This document shows, piece after piece, positions 12,749 to 24,689 of a stretch of 64,000 bases of DNA (positions within the stretch are counted from its first letter, which is position 1; each line of letters opens with the position of its first letter). The notes under the pieces are model-generated. The model was not told the origin of the DNA. It ran no database searches and saw only the letters and a program-made list of their open reading frames with translations. Position numbers and translations under genes: made by a program. This DNA comes from Basidiobolus meristosporus CBS 931.73 (taxonomy: Eukaryota; Fungi; Basidiobolomycota): NCBI GenBank assembly GCA_002104905.1, contig MCFE01000130.1, positions 95,857-159,856 of the forward strand, in the 5' to 3' direction.

Positions 12749-13304
12749 TGCGAAGTCCCTAGGTGCCTCCAATTTCCCCTGTTTGATTTTGTTGACCAAA
12801 AGCCAAGTTAAAAACCCGTCTTTACATATCTTCTCAACCAGCCATTACCATGTTGTGACAACCTTACTGGCACTGCGGATAATGATACTGTCGCAGTGCC
12901 CCTGCACTTGCCGAGGCATACTCCGTTCTCGGGCCGGCTCGAGGTTCTATATTTTTACGAGCCAAGCCACGGCCGTAGGCAGTGTGGAGCCTGGGGTACC
13001 AAATGAGATTCCTTGCCATGATTCCATAGGATCGAAGCCGACCCGTGCGCTCTGAAAATAAACAATGGTCACTGAATTTATTAGATATCATCGGAGATAC
13101 TCAGCGTACATGCCATCGATTGAGCTTGTTGGTGTACTTTGCAATCTTCCACCAAAGCGGGTAGGACCATGGTTATAGTGGTGTTCAAGGTGGGAACAGA
13201 CGCATCTTCATGATAAGATTGCGGCAGTATGGGTTCAATAAATTCCCTGGAAAGGTGCGGAGTGAAAATCAGTTCTTTATTTGACATATTTGAAGAATAT
13301 ACAC

Positions 13305-14549
13305 TTATAATTTATTGCGGGCACCAGTTGGGGCACTGGGGATAACAACCACTTTGCCGTAAGTCTTTCTTTCACTTATATCGGTCAATGCACCCTGGAC
13401 TTTCTCTAGTCCATGGTAGACAGTTTTGTAGACAACCGGCTTCAGCTTTCTATCGGCAAACAATTTGAATAACGAATCCCAGACTGGTTGGATTTGCTCT
13501 GGCTGATACTTTGTATAAGCGCCCCAATGCACACCCATCACTGCAATGTTCTTCAATAGAATTCGATTCACCGCTACCTTCTCAATCTTGCCAGCAGCAA
13601 ACCCGACAACCACGATTCTTCCATTCCATGCCACGCATTTCATGGAAACCTCGATAAGGCCTACTGGATCGAATACAACATTCGCTCCTTTGCCTTTGGT
13701 AATCTTCTTGACTGTTTCGGGCCAGTTTTTATCCTCCCGATAGTTGATGCAGTAATCTGCCCCATTGGCCTTGGCCACCTCCAATTTTTCCGAGGAGCCC
13801 GCGGTTGCAATCACTTCGGCACCAAGCGCCTAGCCCAAATTTGGTTATTCAGCTTTTGTCGGCGTGTTTTGAGTGCGTACTACTATACCTTCGCTATCTG
13901 GATAGCTGCCACGCCAACTCCACCAGCACCGGCATGGACCAGGCAAACCTCATCTAGTGCAAGAAGTTAGGCCCCGTGTTGTGAGGGTCGGCTTCCTAAG
14001 AGTGACGAACCTTTTTGGAGATTGGCTCTCAGGACTAGTGCAGCGTAACTAGTAGGGTAAGTGATGAATAAGCCAGCCGCTTCCTCAAAGCTCATTCCTT
14101 CAGGGATCTTGTGAGTGCTTGCAACTGGGGCTACTGCCTTTTCAGCGTAACAGCCCAAAGTGCTGCCAAATACCCGGTCACCCTTCTTGTATTGAGTTAC
14201 TGAAGGATGTGCTTCGATAACTACTCCAGCAAACTGAGAGGTGAATTAGTAGGGTGCAGTGCCAGGATGTAGTATTCGGGAAACTACCTCACTTCCGGGA
14301 ACAAAAGGGAAAGGCGGTTTGATCTGGTACTTTCCTTGGACCTAGTGTTTATAGTGGTAAGTGGGGGAGTCAAAAAGGCTATCTTCAATTGCCGCTTGGT
14401 ACCATCAAGATATCAAAGAAATTAGCCCCAGCTGCCTTGACCTCTACAAGCACCTGACCAGCCTTGGGCTTTGGTTCTGGCACATCTTCGAGTACTTGGA
14501 GCTGCTCTACAGAATCTAACCATTTATCCTTGACTACAATGGCACGCAT
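13305..14549 (-). CDS. NADPH:quinone oxidoreductase / zinc-binding dehydrogenase (MDR superfamily, zeta-crystallin-like), multi-exon
   Basis: MRAIVVKDKW...VLVEVKAAGANFFDILM, EEAAGLFITYPTSYAALV, VLVHAGAGGVG, KGANVVFDPVG, AWNGRIVVVGFAAG and RKTYGKVVV. Confidence 0.92.
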
Positions 14550-14799
14550 ACTTGGGATGGGAAACGGTGAAGATGAACAAATGTCCACCCCTCTGCAAAT
14601 ATTTATATATAATCATCATGAGGCTTAGCAATGCACCTTTATAACATCACCACTGCAACAATGAATCGATTTCACTGGATGGCACCTACTGGGAATCTTT
14701 GGAAAAAAGATGACAAAGGCAAATTCCATGTGTGAATTCACTTAGTCATGTTGATCATGTGAATTACAAATCAACAATGTGCAATGGCATCCCACCCCA

Positions 14800-15580
14800 T
14801 TGTGCTGGCTCATCTATAAGGTAGCACTTCAAGTATGCTATCCTCGAATAATCGGCTTTTTGAAAGCTCACGATTTTATGGGTTTCTCAGGATGATCCAA
14901 GGTCAATGGTGAGTACGACCCTGACTCTCCTCAGATCCGCCACCAACATGGTGGCGAAATGTTTACAAGGTTCTACCTTTTCAATAACCCTTGAAGGGTA
15001 TTGTCTTCAATGGTAGTTCCCAAGGGACGCTGCCGGTTGGCGTAAAGAATCTTGTACTCATAGTCATCATATGTACCAGCTTAATTCTATCCGTTTGATT
15101 AGGCCACCACGGCCTAGCTGAATCACTACTTGATATGCCCACTGTCTTTCTGTGGCTGCGTTTACTGGCATGCCACGGTCCAGGCTCTGGTATGGCGGAA
15201 GAGCCAAACTCTAACCAGCTTTGACTCATCAGCAACTGGTAGTACCACAGATATTCTATCTACCAAGCAGTCGTCGTGGTGAATAGATTCTTTCGCCATA
15301 GAAAGCATACTTGGATGGGAGTTCTGTTGGATGCTACCATTTATGGCAGAATGGGTATCTTATCATAGGGATTCTACTGGATATATCAGCGGGTTGGCTG
15401 TTTTTGAATCTCAAGACAGCAATAATTAAGGCACCCGTTTTGGCTACATGATGCTGGATCAATATCCCATTAAGCAAAATACCGCTGTAAATCACTAAAT
15501 TGACCGTGCTCGTGATGATTCGGTTAGATTGATGCGGCCTTGCCAACTGTGGTACTCGTTTCGGATCCTCTATATATTGC
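14800..15580 (-). CDS. Probable short spliced gene of unknown product (boundaries approximate)
   Basis: Minus-strand donor/acceptor pairs with open exons (HPTELPSKYAFYGEKNLFTTTTA; LGRGGLIKRIELSW). Not identified. Confidence 0.25.
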
Positions 15581-15688
15581 CATTGTTTCTCGAAAATCCT
15601 CCGCTGTTTGAACCAAATTTGTTAGAGTAATCAACAATACCAACAATACCCGACGATCAAAACTTGAGAAAGTTACTTAAGAACCGCC

Positions 15689-16627
15689 ATGCATTGGTCC
15701 CTTCTGAACACGAAACTGCTATCCATCTCAGATCCACGTAAAAAGCGACTATCTAAGAAGCAAGCCAGTTCCATAGATCTGGTGAAATCTGAGGCTTTCA
15801 TGGCGCAATCTACCCCGGTGGGCAACCAACCTACAGTGGTTACCTCAGCAGCAACCCTTGAGCGGTGGGCTAAGCTGAGGAAGAGCGTTTTAAATGGAGA
15901 ATTCTCTTCTAAATTCGAGAAGGTTGTGCAAACCATGGAGCCTATCTGGAAGGTAATCATGCCTCATGCATTTCATTCGGCTCCCGTGTGCACCATGCTA
16001 ACTCTTTTGTGTTTACGACCAAAGGCTGAGGGGAAGAACTCCACTTCACCGCTCTGTGAAAGTTACTGGCTGGAGGCTATAGATAAGAACCATCGCTGGG
16101 GTGGGGTGCTCCATGCTTTCCATAAGGAATGGCTTCGTAGTGACACGGATGACGACTTCTTCACTTGGTTAGACAAAACCAAGGGATACCGTGGGCTACC
16201 AGGCCTCTGGGCCCTACGTTTGAAGGGAAAAATCAGCCGTGTAAGCTTCCTGGAGCCAGAAGAAAGGCTACGTTATCAGGTGGTCTGCGATACGAAAGGA
16301 AGGCTGGTTTACAAACACTCTGGGCGTTTGGTGCACCTACCCAAGCTCTATGTGAAGGGAATGGAGGGGATTTTCGTAGTCGACCGTGAAAATACTTTCT
16401 ACATGGCGAGAAAATTCCCTGGCTTCTTTCACCACTCTACCTTCTTAGCTGGAGGGAGAGTGCGAGCGGCTGGGATGGTGGTTGTTACCAAAGGCCATCT
16501 GAAATGGATCAGTAGGAGTAGTGGCCACTATAAACCTACCTCGGAACAATTGCTGCTGGCCGTTGAGCTGTTAAATAATATGGGCTTGAAGGATGAGTTC
16601 GAGATTGACCATGAGATAGCGCCTTGA
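15689..16627 (+). CDS. IQM-family (IQ calmodulin-binding motif protein-like) protein, intronless
   Basis: 312-aa ORF with YWLEAIDKNHRWG, FFTWLD, FLEPEERLRYQVV, GIFVVD, FHHSTFLAGG..RAAG and SGHYKPT, the conserved core of plant and fungal IQM proteins. Confidence 0.8.
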   Translation: MHWSLLNTKLLSISDPRKKRLSKKQASSIDLVKSEAFMAQSTPVGNQPTVVTSAATLERWAKLRKSVLNGEFSSKFEKVVQTMEPIWKVIMPHAFHSAPVCTMLTLLCLRPKAEGKNSTSPLCESYWLEAIDKNHRWGGVLHAFHKEWLRSDTDDDFFTWLDKTKGYRGLPGLWALRLKGKISRVSFLEPEERLRYQVVCDTKGRLVYKHSGRLVHLPKLYVKGMEGIFVVDRENTFYMARKFPGFFHHSTFLAGGRVRAAGMVVVTKGHLKWISRSSGHYKPTSEQLLLAVELLNNMGLKDEFEIDHEIAP

Positions 16628-17280
16628 TGTGTGTGGGCTTTTATGCATCGACTCGCTTGACCCATTCTGTACATATGCTCATATTTTCCGCATTGCTGCG
16701 AAATGCTTAGTGTCTCTTTAGCCGTTCGAGAGATAACCTCGTTATGGGAAGCAGATACAACGTAAATTGCACCCAGTTTTATGTAAAAATTCCATTGTTC
16801 AATACTCAAACCCATCCGACTTAACACTTTTTAAAGCTTGTGATTATTAATAGCCGACAGAGGTGAGAGTATCCTAACGTAAATAAAATCTCGCCCCCCC
16901 TATAAACCTTGCTTTGAAGTTGAATCAACCCGGATTCCTGCTGCTCACACTCCATGCTTTCGTTGAGCTCGGTGTACATCAGGGTCAGTGAAATCCCGAT
17001 AGTATACGTCTAAAATGGAAATAATGAATTCCCGAGGGGTCAGATAGTGGCGGGTATCACGTGAGGCAGGAGTGGTGTTTGAATTATACGAAAGAGTTGT
17101 TTTGATTTAGTGAGAGATGTTTATTTCTGTGGAGTAACCAATGAAGTGGCATCTCTCAAATCTCTTGTAGCGACAACATTGAAAAGTAGATTTTGAAGGC
17201 AAGCAAAGGACGGATCGAACTTTATATCTCTCCAATCCATTCACTCCACCACATACCCGAAAAGATACTTTTATTCACTT

Positions 17281-18921
17281 ATGTCGTGGGAGGAGCTTAT
17301 ACAACAAGTGGTCGAAACTTCCGACGAGATCAACACGTTGGATTTTCGAACAAGTGCCACCGCCATCCGTCGCCAGTTCGAGAACAACGTATCCGTAGGA
17401 AATTTCAAACTACGTGATGCCACTCCACAAGAATGCAAACTGTTCTCTTCCCAAGCTGCTGACCAGAGCGTTGAAAGGTATTATTCTTGACCCTGTACCG
17501 CTTTCACCTCTGGCTTCTCCTCACCCTTACCCTGTTGGATAGAGTCATCGAGGAGAACTTACGCGCGATAGAAGAGAATTTTGACAACGTGCCAATCTTA
17601 TTTGAGAGTGCCAAAAATATTTTACAATATTGGTACGTAGGTGAAGCTTTGGTATTTCCGAAGGGAAAACTCATTCTTGATGGTCACCTTTAGTGAGGAG
17701 GGCGAGAACAACAAGTTACTGGAGGCTCTCGTTGAAAAGCACGAATCGCTACTTACGAATATCCAAGACACTCAGGTGATATTGTCCAAGGTACAAGCGA
17801 AATTCCCCAATCTCCATTTTCGGTATCTTTCCTGATCCACTTGCCTAGACTCAAGCAGAGAGTGATGCTTGTAGCGAAGAGACCAATTCCAGTGGCCCCG
17901 ACATAGCGGCTCTGAAACGACAAGTTGAGCAGGAGCAGCAGGATCTAGATAGCCTAAATCAAATCCTGGTCAACTATGAGGAGCAGAAGTTGAGCTTGGA
18001 CGGATCTATTGAGGAGAAAAAGAAAGCCAGCAACACAATGAAGCAACTGGCCAAAGACCTCGAGGAGCTAACCATCGAAGAAAACAATGACCTGGAGCTT
18101 ATCGAACGGTTGAAATTAGAACTACAACAAAAACAGCAACAGTTAGAGCAATTAGGTATGCCTGAGCATTTACATTGCGTCATTGAGTAATGTACTAATA
18201 CGAGCTTTGCTGGTAAAGAAGAGGAAGAGGAAGCCATGAAGTCCAACAAGACCTCAAAGCGATCTGTGCTTGGCGACATGCTTGAGACCCAGTTTGATGA
18301 GCTTCAAAAAATGGTGAAAGCCTCCATGGTAATGATTCGTCCTTAGGCGAACATTGATTCAACGTCCATCCGTGTCTAAGCACCATTAATTATATAGTCA
18401 TCCAACGGCGGCGAAAACGTTGAAGCTTCTATGGTAGTCACCTTGAAACAGCTTCCATATTTATGGCCTTAACTAATCGAGCATGACATGTAGGGCGAGA
18501 CCTTGGAGACTTTGACCGGTCTAATCGGCCAGTGCGAAAATGCTGAAATCAACAAAATGACCGCTGATGTGCTCAAGTAAGTGTTTTGGCGAGAAACATT
18601 CGTCCGTCAAGGCGACTAAGAACTCACATGGCACTTAGCGATATACAGGACAAGCTGATCTTCTTGATGGCCAATTTCCAGCCACAGGATCAGGAGCTGA
18701 TTTGCTCGATGCCAGCAACGGCCCAGACCCAAACTGCTGCCAAAGTGCTGCGGACGATCAAAGAAAATCGTGGAGAGATTTCGGTTAACCTTCTCAAGGA
18801 GCAGGTTGCTGCTGAGGGGATTCCACAAGGCCAAGTACTGCAATGTATCTACATGTTGGTGGCGAATTCCTTAATCGAAATTGACCGAACCAAGAAAGAG
18901 AATCCAGTACGATTGAGATAA
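17281..18921 (+). CDS. Uncharacterised multi-exon coiled-coil protein with a possible C-terminal winged-helix-like region
   Basis: Consecutive open exons separated by GT-AG introns; heptad-rich E/Q/K segment (17950-18160); C-terminal AAKVLRTIKENRGEISVNLLKEQV...CIYMLVANSLIEID. Confidence 0.65.
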
Positions 18922-20074
18922 CTTACCCGCCGATTATGGCTTAAACCTGAGCAAATGTGGCGTTTCTTATAGAGCCGCCCGCGACTCCAATCTGTTTCCT
19001 TCCCCGATCATTCTTCTCATTCGGTTGCTGAATTGGTTGTACATTTACGTTGGTCATCCGAAACAATTGAGAATAGTGTACAAACTGATCATTTTATTAA
19101 TAAACGTGCGAACGAAGCCCGTCCGCCCAGTGAACGGCGTTTCGCTGAGCAAACCTTGAACCGTACATGCTATACAATCTAGTGTTTAAGCTTAAATGGA
19201 TTCTCCCGAGGAAATTTGCCCGACTACATCAGTGGAGCATGGGGGATATAGCATCTAATGACACCGGCTCCCTCCGCTGCTACTGACAATGCCCGTACAT
19301 TGGCTCTGAATGTCATGGAGGTACCACACTGCCACTTACGCCCTCGCTTCTATTGCTTTTGAGTTCATCTATTGTTCAGCGGTCGAAGTGACCGCAGCTT
19401 GGGGCTTCAGGAGTACAAAAGTTTGGAGGATGAACAGAGGACGAATACCATACACTGTGCAATGGGATGCAACAAGCCTTTTACAGCCAACACATGCAAC
19501 GACACCTAAACCAGGCTAACTGGTGATTAGTTGTTTCGAAGGCGAGGGGGGGGGGTCCGGGAATCTGCTCAATGTGGAATCTATCTAGATATTTCCATTT
19601 TAACACGAGTTTATAAGCAGCCATACAGAAAGGAGGAGTGCAGTGGAACATGAATCCATTGGGTAAGACTATTCGCAAGACCAGCTAAGCCACAAGTCCC
19701 ACTACTATAGTATCTCTTGGCTAAAACCCCGTCCGCACCCCAAATGCGTACCTGCCTATTCCGACCTAATTAAAAGTCCCAGTTCACTGGTAGATAATCA
19801 ACGCAATAATTTATTGTCCCCGAACACCCTCGGAACAAGTGAATCATGAGGCACCCAAGGCCCAAGACTCGGACGGGGACGGGGAATAGCAACCAAGGGT
19901 GGCCATTTACAACGATGAAGATAAGTCCAAACAACTATGATTCTTTAAATTCAATATCAAACAGCTAGCATAGTGCGCACATATACTTTCAACCGAATCG
20001 AAAAGCATGGTGGGGTGCTTCAGATAGGCATACAGCGCGAGTCGGGCCTCCGGTAATTCTATCCGGCCAGATAT

Positions 20075-21074
20075 TCAGATATCCATGTGCATCATTACCA
20101 TGTCCTCATATGCGTACGGTGATCTAGCAATGGGCCAAACGACGAGTCAGCGTTGAGTGATGGCTGCAAATCGTGGCATGTTCATACCTCTTATCATTCT
20201 CAAGCTCACTGAGCTCGGATTCGCTTTCGATCATCGACGCAAGTTGCGATCTAGACAGTCAACATGGTTGATCAGAACCTCGCTGATGAAATGTAGCGCG
20301 TAAATGTTACCGTTGCCCGCTGAAGCTGATGAACAGGATTCGTTTCAGTTTGCGGTTGTAGAGGAAATAGTTGAAGGACCATCTGTTCCACAAAACCGAG
20401 TTAGCTTGAAGTCAGCCACTTGAGGGTGGTCCGGACTTACATCGATCCTTCTTCAGCGTATGGATCCGAATCAACATCAGGGTCATAGCTGTATACCTCA
20501 CAGTCAGCCACAACAATAGCCTCATCAACAGCGTCCCAGAACCGTAATTGGTGAACAAGATTGATGCGGCCCATGTTTAGCAACGTGGTGTTGATGTAGC
20601 TAATCACGTAGAGCGGGGAGGCGAGTTTGCAAAATTGCTCTGATCGTAAATTGCTTGACAAGTAGGATTCAGTAATCATGACCTAGGTCGCAGTACATTC
20701 CAGCATGTCTACCTGAAGTCGTAGTCAGGAAAAGAGGCATTCAGTATAGATATCAGATAGAACAAGGCTTTGCGTGAGGATGGCTGGTCCAAGGGGCCAA
20801 AGGGTGACACAATCAGATGAAGATTCTCGTCCGGAGATAAGCTATAGGAAGAAAGATCCTCTTGATATCTGGACTCCAGTTGCTTGTATAGTTTCTTGTC
20901 CGAGCCCGCGCTTTTACCTGTTGAAGAGGGTTAACATGTTTGTTGGTCGGGGTCGGAAAGAGATTGATACGTACAAGAATACGCTTCGACTCGGCCCACA
21001 ATTTGGCCGTCAACCGTATCAAACGCGAGATGCTTATTAAGGATATCCAGTGAGGGGAATTCTAGGAACTTCAT
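20075..21074 (-). CDS. MAF1: Repressor of RNA polymerase III transcription MAF1, multi-exon
   Basis: N-terminus MKFLEFPSLDILNKHLAFDTVDGQIVGRVEAYSC. Later exons give FWDAVDEAIVVADCEVYSYDPDVDSDPYAEEGS / WSFNYFLYNRKLKRILF, which are diagnostic Maf1 boxes. Confidence 0.93.
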
Positions 21075-23509
21075 GGTGTGAGCAGTTCAGGGGTGAGTGG
21101 TGGGTGGTGACAACAGAGTCTGAAAAAGCAGTCAGTTAAGGGTGGAGAATGACAGTCCAACACCGATGGATCTTGGAGTACTCTAGAGCTAATGGAGCAT
21201 GCCTATCTTCATTTAAGAGACTGTCCATTCTTTATATAGGGGAGCTTATAATTGGCAATACAGATCCACGGAGATTCGTAGGGATACGAAATTTGACAAG
21301 CAGCGAGGAAGCCACTGATGATTGCCCGCCATGATTGGACTGTCCTCTAGGCCAATCAGGTGCCGTTTCAGCAGCATGGTGTAATATCTTGTGTCACAAA
21401 AGAGAAGTGGTTTATTGCCAAACCGGTTTTTTGAATCATCCAAGACCCAAAGGGAGGACCATTTAACGTTTGAAGGTGGAGTCTAGTGATTCCATTGGCA
21501 AGTACACGGAGAGCCTACTTAAGCCCGGAAGATGTAATATGTTCTCAGAAACTGAGCAGGAGGTAGCGACATGAGGTACCCGAATGCAGGCTGTGCTTTA
21601 GCAGCGCTCCAATCAAACGCAAGCAAATCTAGTTCCCCAATGGCACCAAATTGCCAACCAATTTCAAGCAACGATAGGCTAGACATAGAACTAGATGCGC
21701 TGCTAGTGCTGATTATATAAGACCGATGAAATCACGTATTGCCGAAGCAGGCAGATGTATTACCTAACGCCATCCGGCTACCTGTGTGGGCAGCAGTGGG
21801 TGAAGCACACCATCGCACGCTAAAACACCCTAGCAATCCCGAATCCGCTTCATGCATATTCTGAACCGTCCAAAGTTGCATGCAGAGTCAGTTAAGCATG
21901 TTCCTGAACCAGCAAGTGAACTTCGTGCCAGAATGCCGCCAATGACTGGTTTTCAAGCGGCATTTCCAAGTTCAGCGATCTTGCCCTGATTAGATCTATC
22001 TCCAGCACACCCACTGGATGATTATTACGAGGCAGATCTTCCACCATCTACGTCACCGTCAGAGCTTTAATTCACCAATCCCTGACGATACCCAAGGCAG
22101 ACGGATAGGCTTGCTCTTGCTTGAAAGGCTGCATGAAGGGTGCATTTGAAAGAATGCACGCACGGCAGAAAGTCGTTGTAGGGCCAAAGGATGGCCCCAA
22201 AACTAACATCGTCGCTCGTTGCTACCGGTATTCACTCGATCTTCACTTGAATCCAGCAAGTCGCAACTCTCCTATGATCCATCAAAATACATGTGTAGAA
22301 CTTGTGCTTAAACATTCTGATATTTCTGACTCATCCCTGTTGCGTACAACTCGCTACTTTATTCAAGAAGTGACCACACAACAATGATGAGGTGTTGCCA
22401 TGAGCTACAAAGTGACGGTCATGCCACTGAACCATCGGTTGCCGTCGTTGTAGAGGTTTAGTTAAACTTCGCCTGTACCCGATGCAGGTATCCTTATTGG
22501 CGGCGTGCTATTGGGGCTGCTTTTCGCATGATTACCTAGGAAGAGGCTAGGTCAAGAGATTCTCGCCAACTTTTCTACGTTGCATCACACAGTCAATATA
22601 TTAAAAGGTTATGCTACAGCTAGTCCATTCTACCTTAATCATTGCTTAGAATGTGAGGAGCTTCTAGAAGAGAAAGCCTACCTAATCATGGTTCTGCCTT
22701 CATGACGAAATACTGCATGTCTGGTTTAGTCACAGAAACAGTATCAATGATATATCCAGTTGTTTCAATACGTTATGTTGTTTTGAATGAATCTGGATTT
22801 TCCCTCTCATAGCATATACGCTCACCGATCCTGATCATCTATACACCAGAACAGAATCTAATGTTTATGGATATGCCTACAGACTAGGATCCTCCTACCG
22901 TCTGTAAGGAACCTTTCGCACCTTGGAAAATGATAGAAATACAAACACGCGGTGTAACCTGTTTAGCCTTTTACAAGGAGGTACCGGTCCCGATTTGCCA
23001 AGTGGCTAAGGTTCCTTGCAATCAGTCTTGTGAAAGATTGGATTCTGAATACAATCTTGAGAACACCATTTTAAAATAGAAGTTGCAAGCTCAGCCAAAT
23101 CTTTAAACGCCTCAGTTTTCTGGCCAGTTTCAAAGATTTCTTGTTTGCCTGCCAAATAATCTAGGCCGCTATTGTTAAAGAAATGGCCGATTTCTGGCTA
23201 TTGGTAAGGTGTATCGTATCGTATTATATATTTTTACAGCAGCAACATGTTCCATTGCAAATACTGGTCATATACTAGATATTCAGCTTGATGTGCAGTG
23301 GAAAATAACTTCGTGTGAAAATGTTATCAGAATATTCAGTTCAGTGAAAGTGATCAACTTCAGAATTAGTATGATAACTTGTGCAAATATGTTGCACATA
23401 TTCAATCCTTAATCAGAAACAAATCGCGTTATAAGCAATTTATATTTATTCTGATGTGTAGTTCTCATTGGTTAGTACTACATCTGAGAGTCCTTGTTTG
23501 TGGTCATAT

Positions 23510-24663
23510 TTAGTGCAGATACAAATAGTCAATTTTCACTTGTTGCAGCATTTCCATATTCAGGCCTTTTTTGCTGGTTATCACTCTTTTGAGCAACTGG
23601 TCTGATGTGTGTTTTTTCCTTTTGCAGTAGTTGCAAAACAGGTTGCTGTTGCCTTTAAAGGGTCCTGGGTATCTCCTTTGTTTGTCATCATTGCTTATTA
23701 AAGCATTTTTTTCTTCATTCATATTGGCACTTGATTTTCTTAATTCTTCACCCAGGGGCCTTCCATATACATAATTTAAGGTCAAATCTTGAGTTTTGGA
23801 CTCTAGGGCTGATACAAGGCCCTGAAATTTGCCTGTCAGGCTAATCAGGATGGCAACTATCACCTCTTCATTAGTAGTTGGTATGCCTACAGATTCCATT
23901 TCATCCACCAATGAGGTGATTCTGTTATTTAGATTTTCATTTCTTCTCCTGGCAGAGCCCAGTTTTCTTCAAAGATACATATTCTTAGCAGCTGAACATG
24001 ACTGGTAGGTGTCTTCTAATGCATTCCAGGCATTCTCAGCTGTTTTTGCTCTTGATCATTGAGTTTCCAATTTGTCTTTAACATTAGGGCAAATGCAGTT
24101 AAAGACACTTAGTTCTCTCTTTGAGTACCTTAAGGCTTGCTCTCCTACATTTTTAGAAGGGCTTTCTTCTCCCATAACAATATTCCAAATGCCTCTTTCT
24201 TGTAGCAGCTTCTTCATTGTCACTTTCAAGACTTGGTGGTTAGATCCATCCAACTTCTCAGCAGAGGGAAAAATCCCAATCATAGGAGGAGTAGATATTG
24301 CAGAGAGTGACAGCATAGGGCTCATAGCCTGTTGTAAAAGTCTTAGAGATTTTGAAAGTGACTGGGAGAACAAAGAGATTGTGTGGTATTCACTAAATGA
24401 TTTATTGATTGTAAAAGTAGTATTTATACTTTTTCATTACAAACATGTAGAATATATTTAGGAATGTTCCATGAGGTTGTGTGCAGAGTTTGGGGCTGTT
24501 GGATAACTTTGAGAATTTTCATGATCTGGGTGCCTGATTTTTTGGTGAAAATATTCATGTTAAATCCCAACAAGGGATTAGGTCAGTATGCACCAAGACT
24601 TGTAGGTAATGATCTAAGTTACTAAGTTAGGTGAATATTTAGATGGAAATATAAGCTTTTACA
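23510..24663 (-). mobile_element. Degenerate 5'-half Ty1/copia relic: LTR (24330-24663), PBS and frameshifted gag
   Basis: TG...CA LTR followed by GGCTATGAGCCC, then gag pieces KLDGSNHQVLKVTM, LESKTQDLTLNYVYGR and CNYCKRKKH, homologous to the intact copia gag. The LTR resembles 45918-46259. Confidence 0.8.
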
Positions 24664-24689
24664 ATAAACTTTATATTGCAACAATACAT

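Noticed and set aside
19090-19380. Possible 3-exon minus-strand peptide MNSKAIEARAANVRALSVAAEGAG...HWADGLRSHVY
   Set aside because: Needs a 34-nt intron, shorter than others here, and matches no family I recognise.
21892-22047. Minus-strand 51-aa ORF containing VGVLEIDLIRARSL, reminiscent of a C2-domain first strand
   Set aside because: Too short, and I could not join it to further C2-like exons; may be chance.
22384-22432. ATGATGA...CTGA pair resembling a C/D-box snoRNA
   Set aside because: No terminal stem and no rRNA-complementary guide that I could identify.
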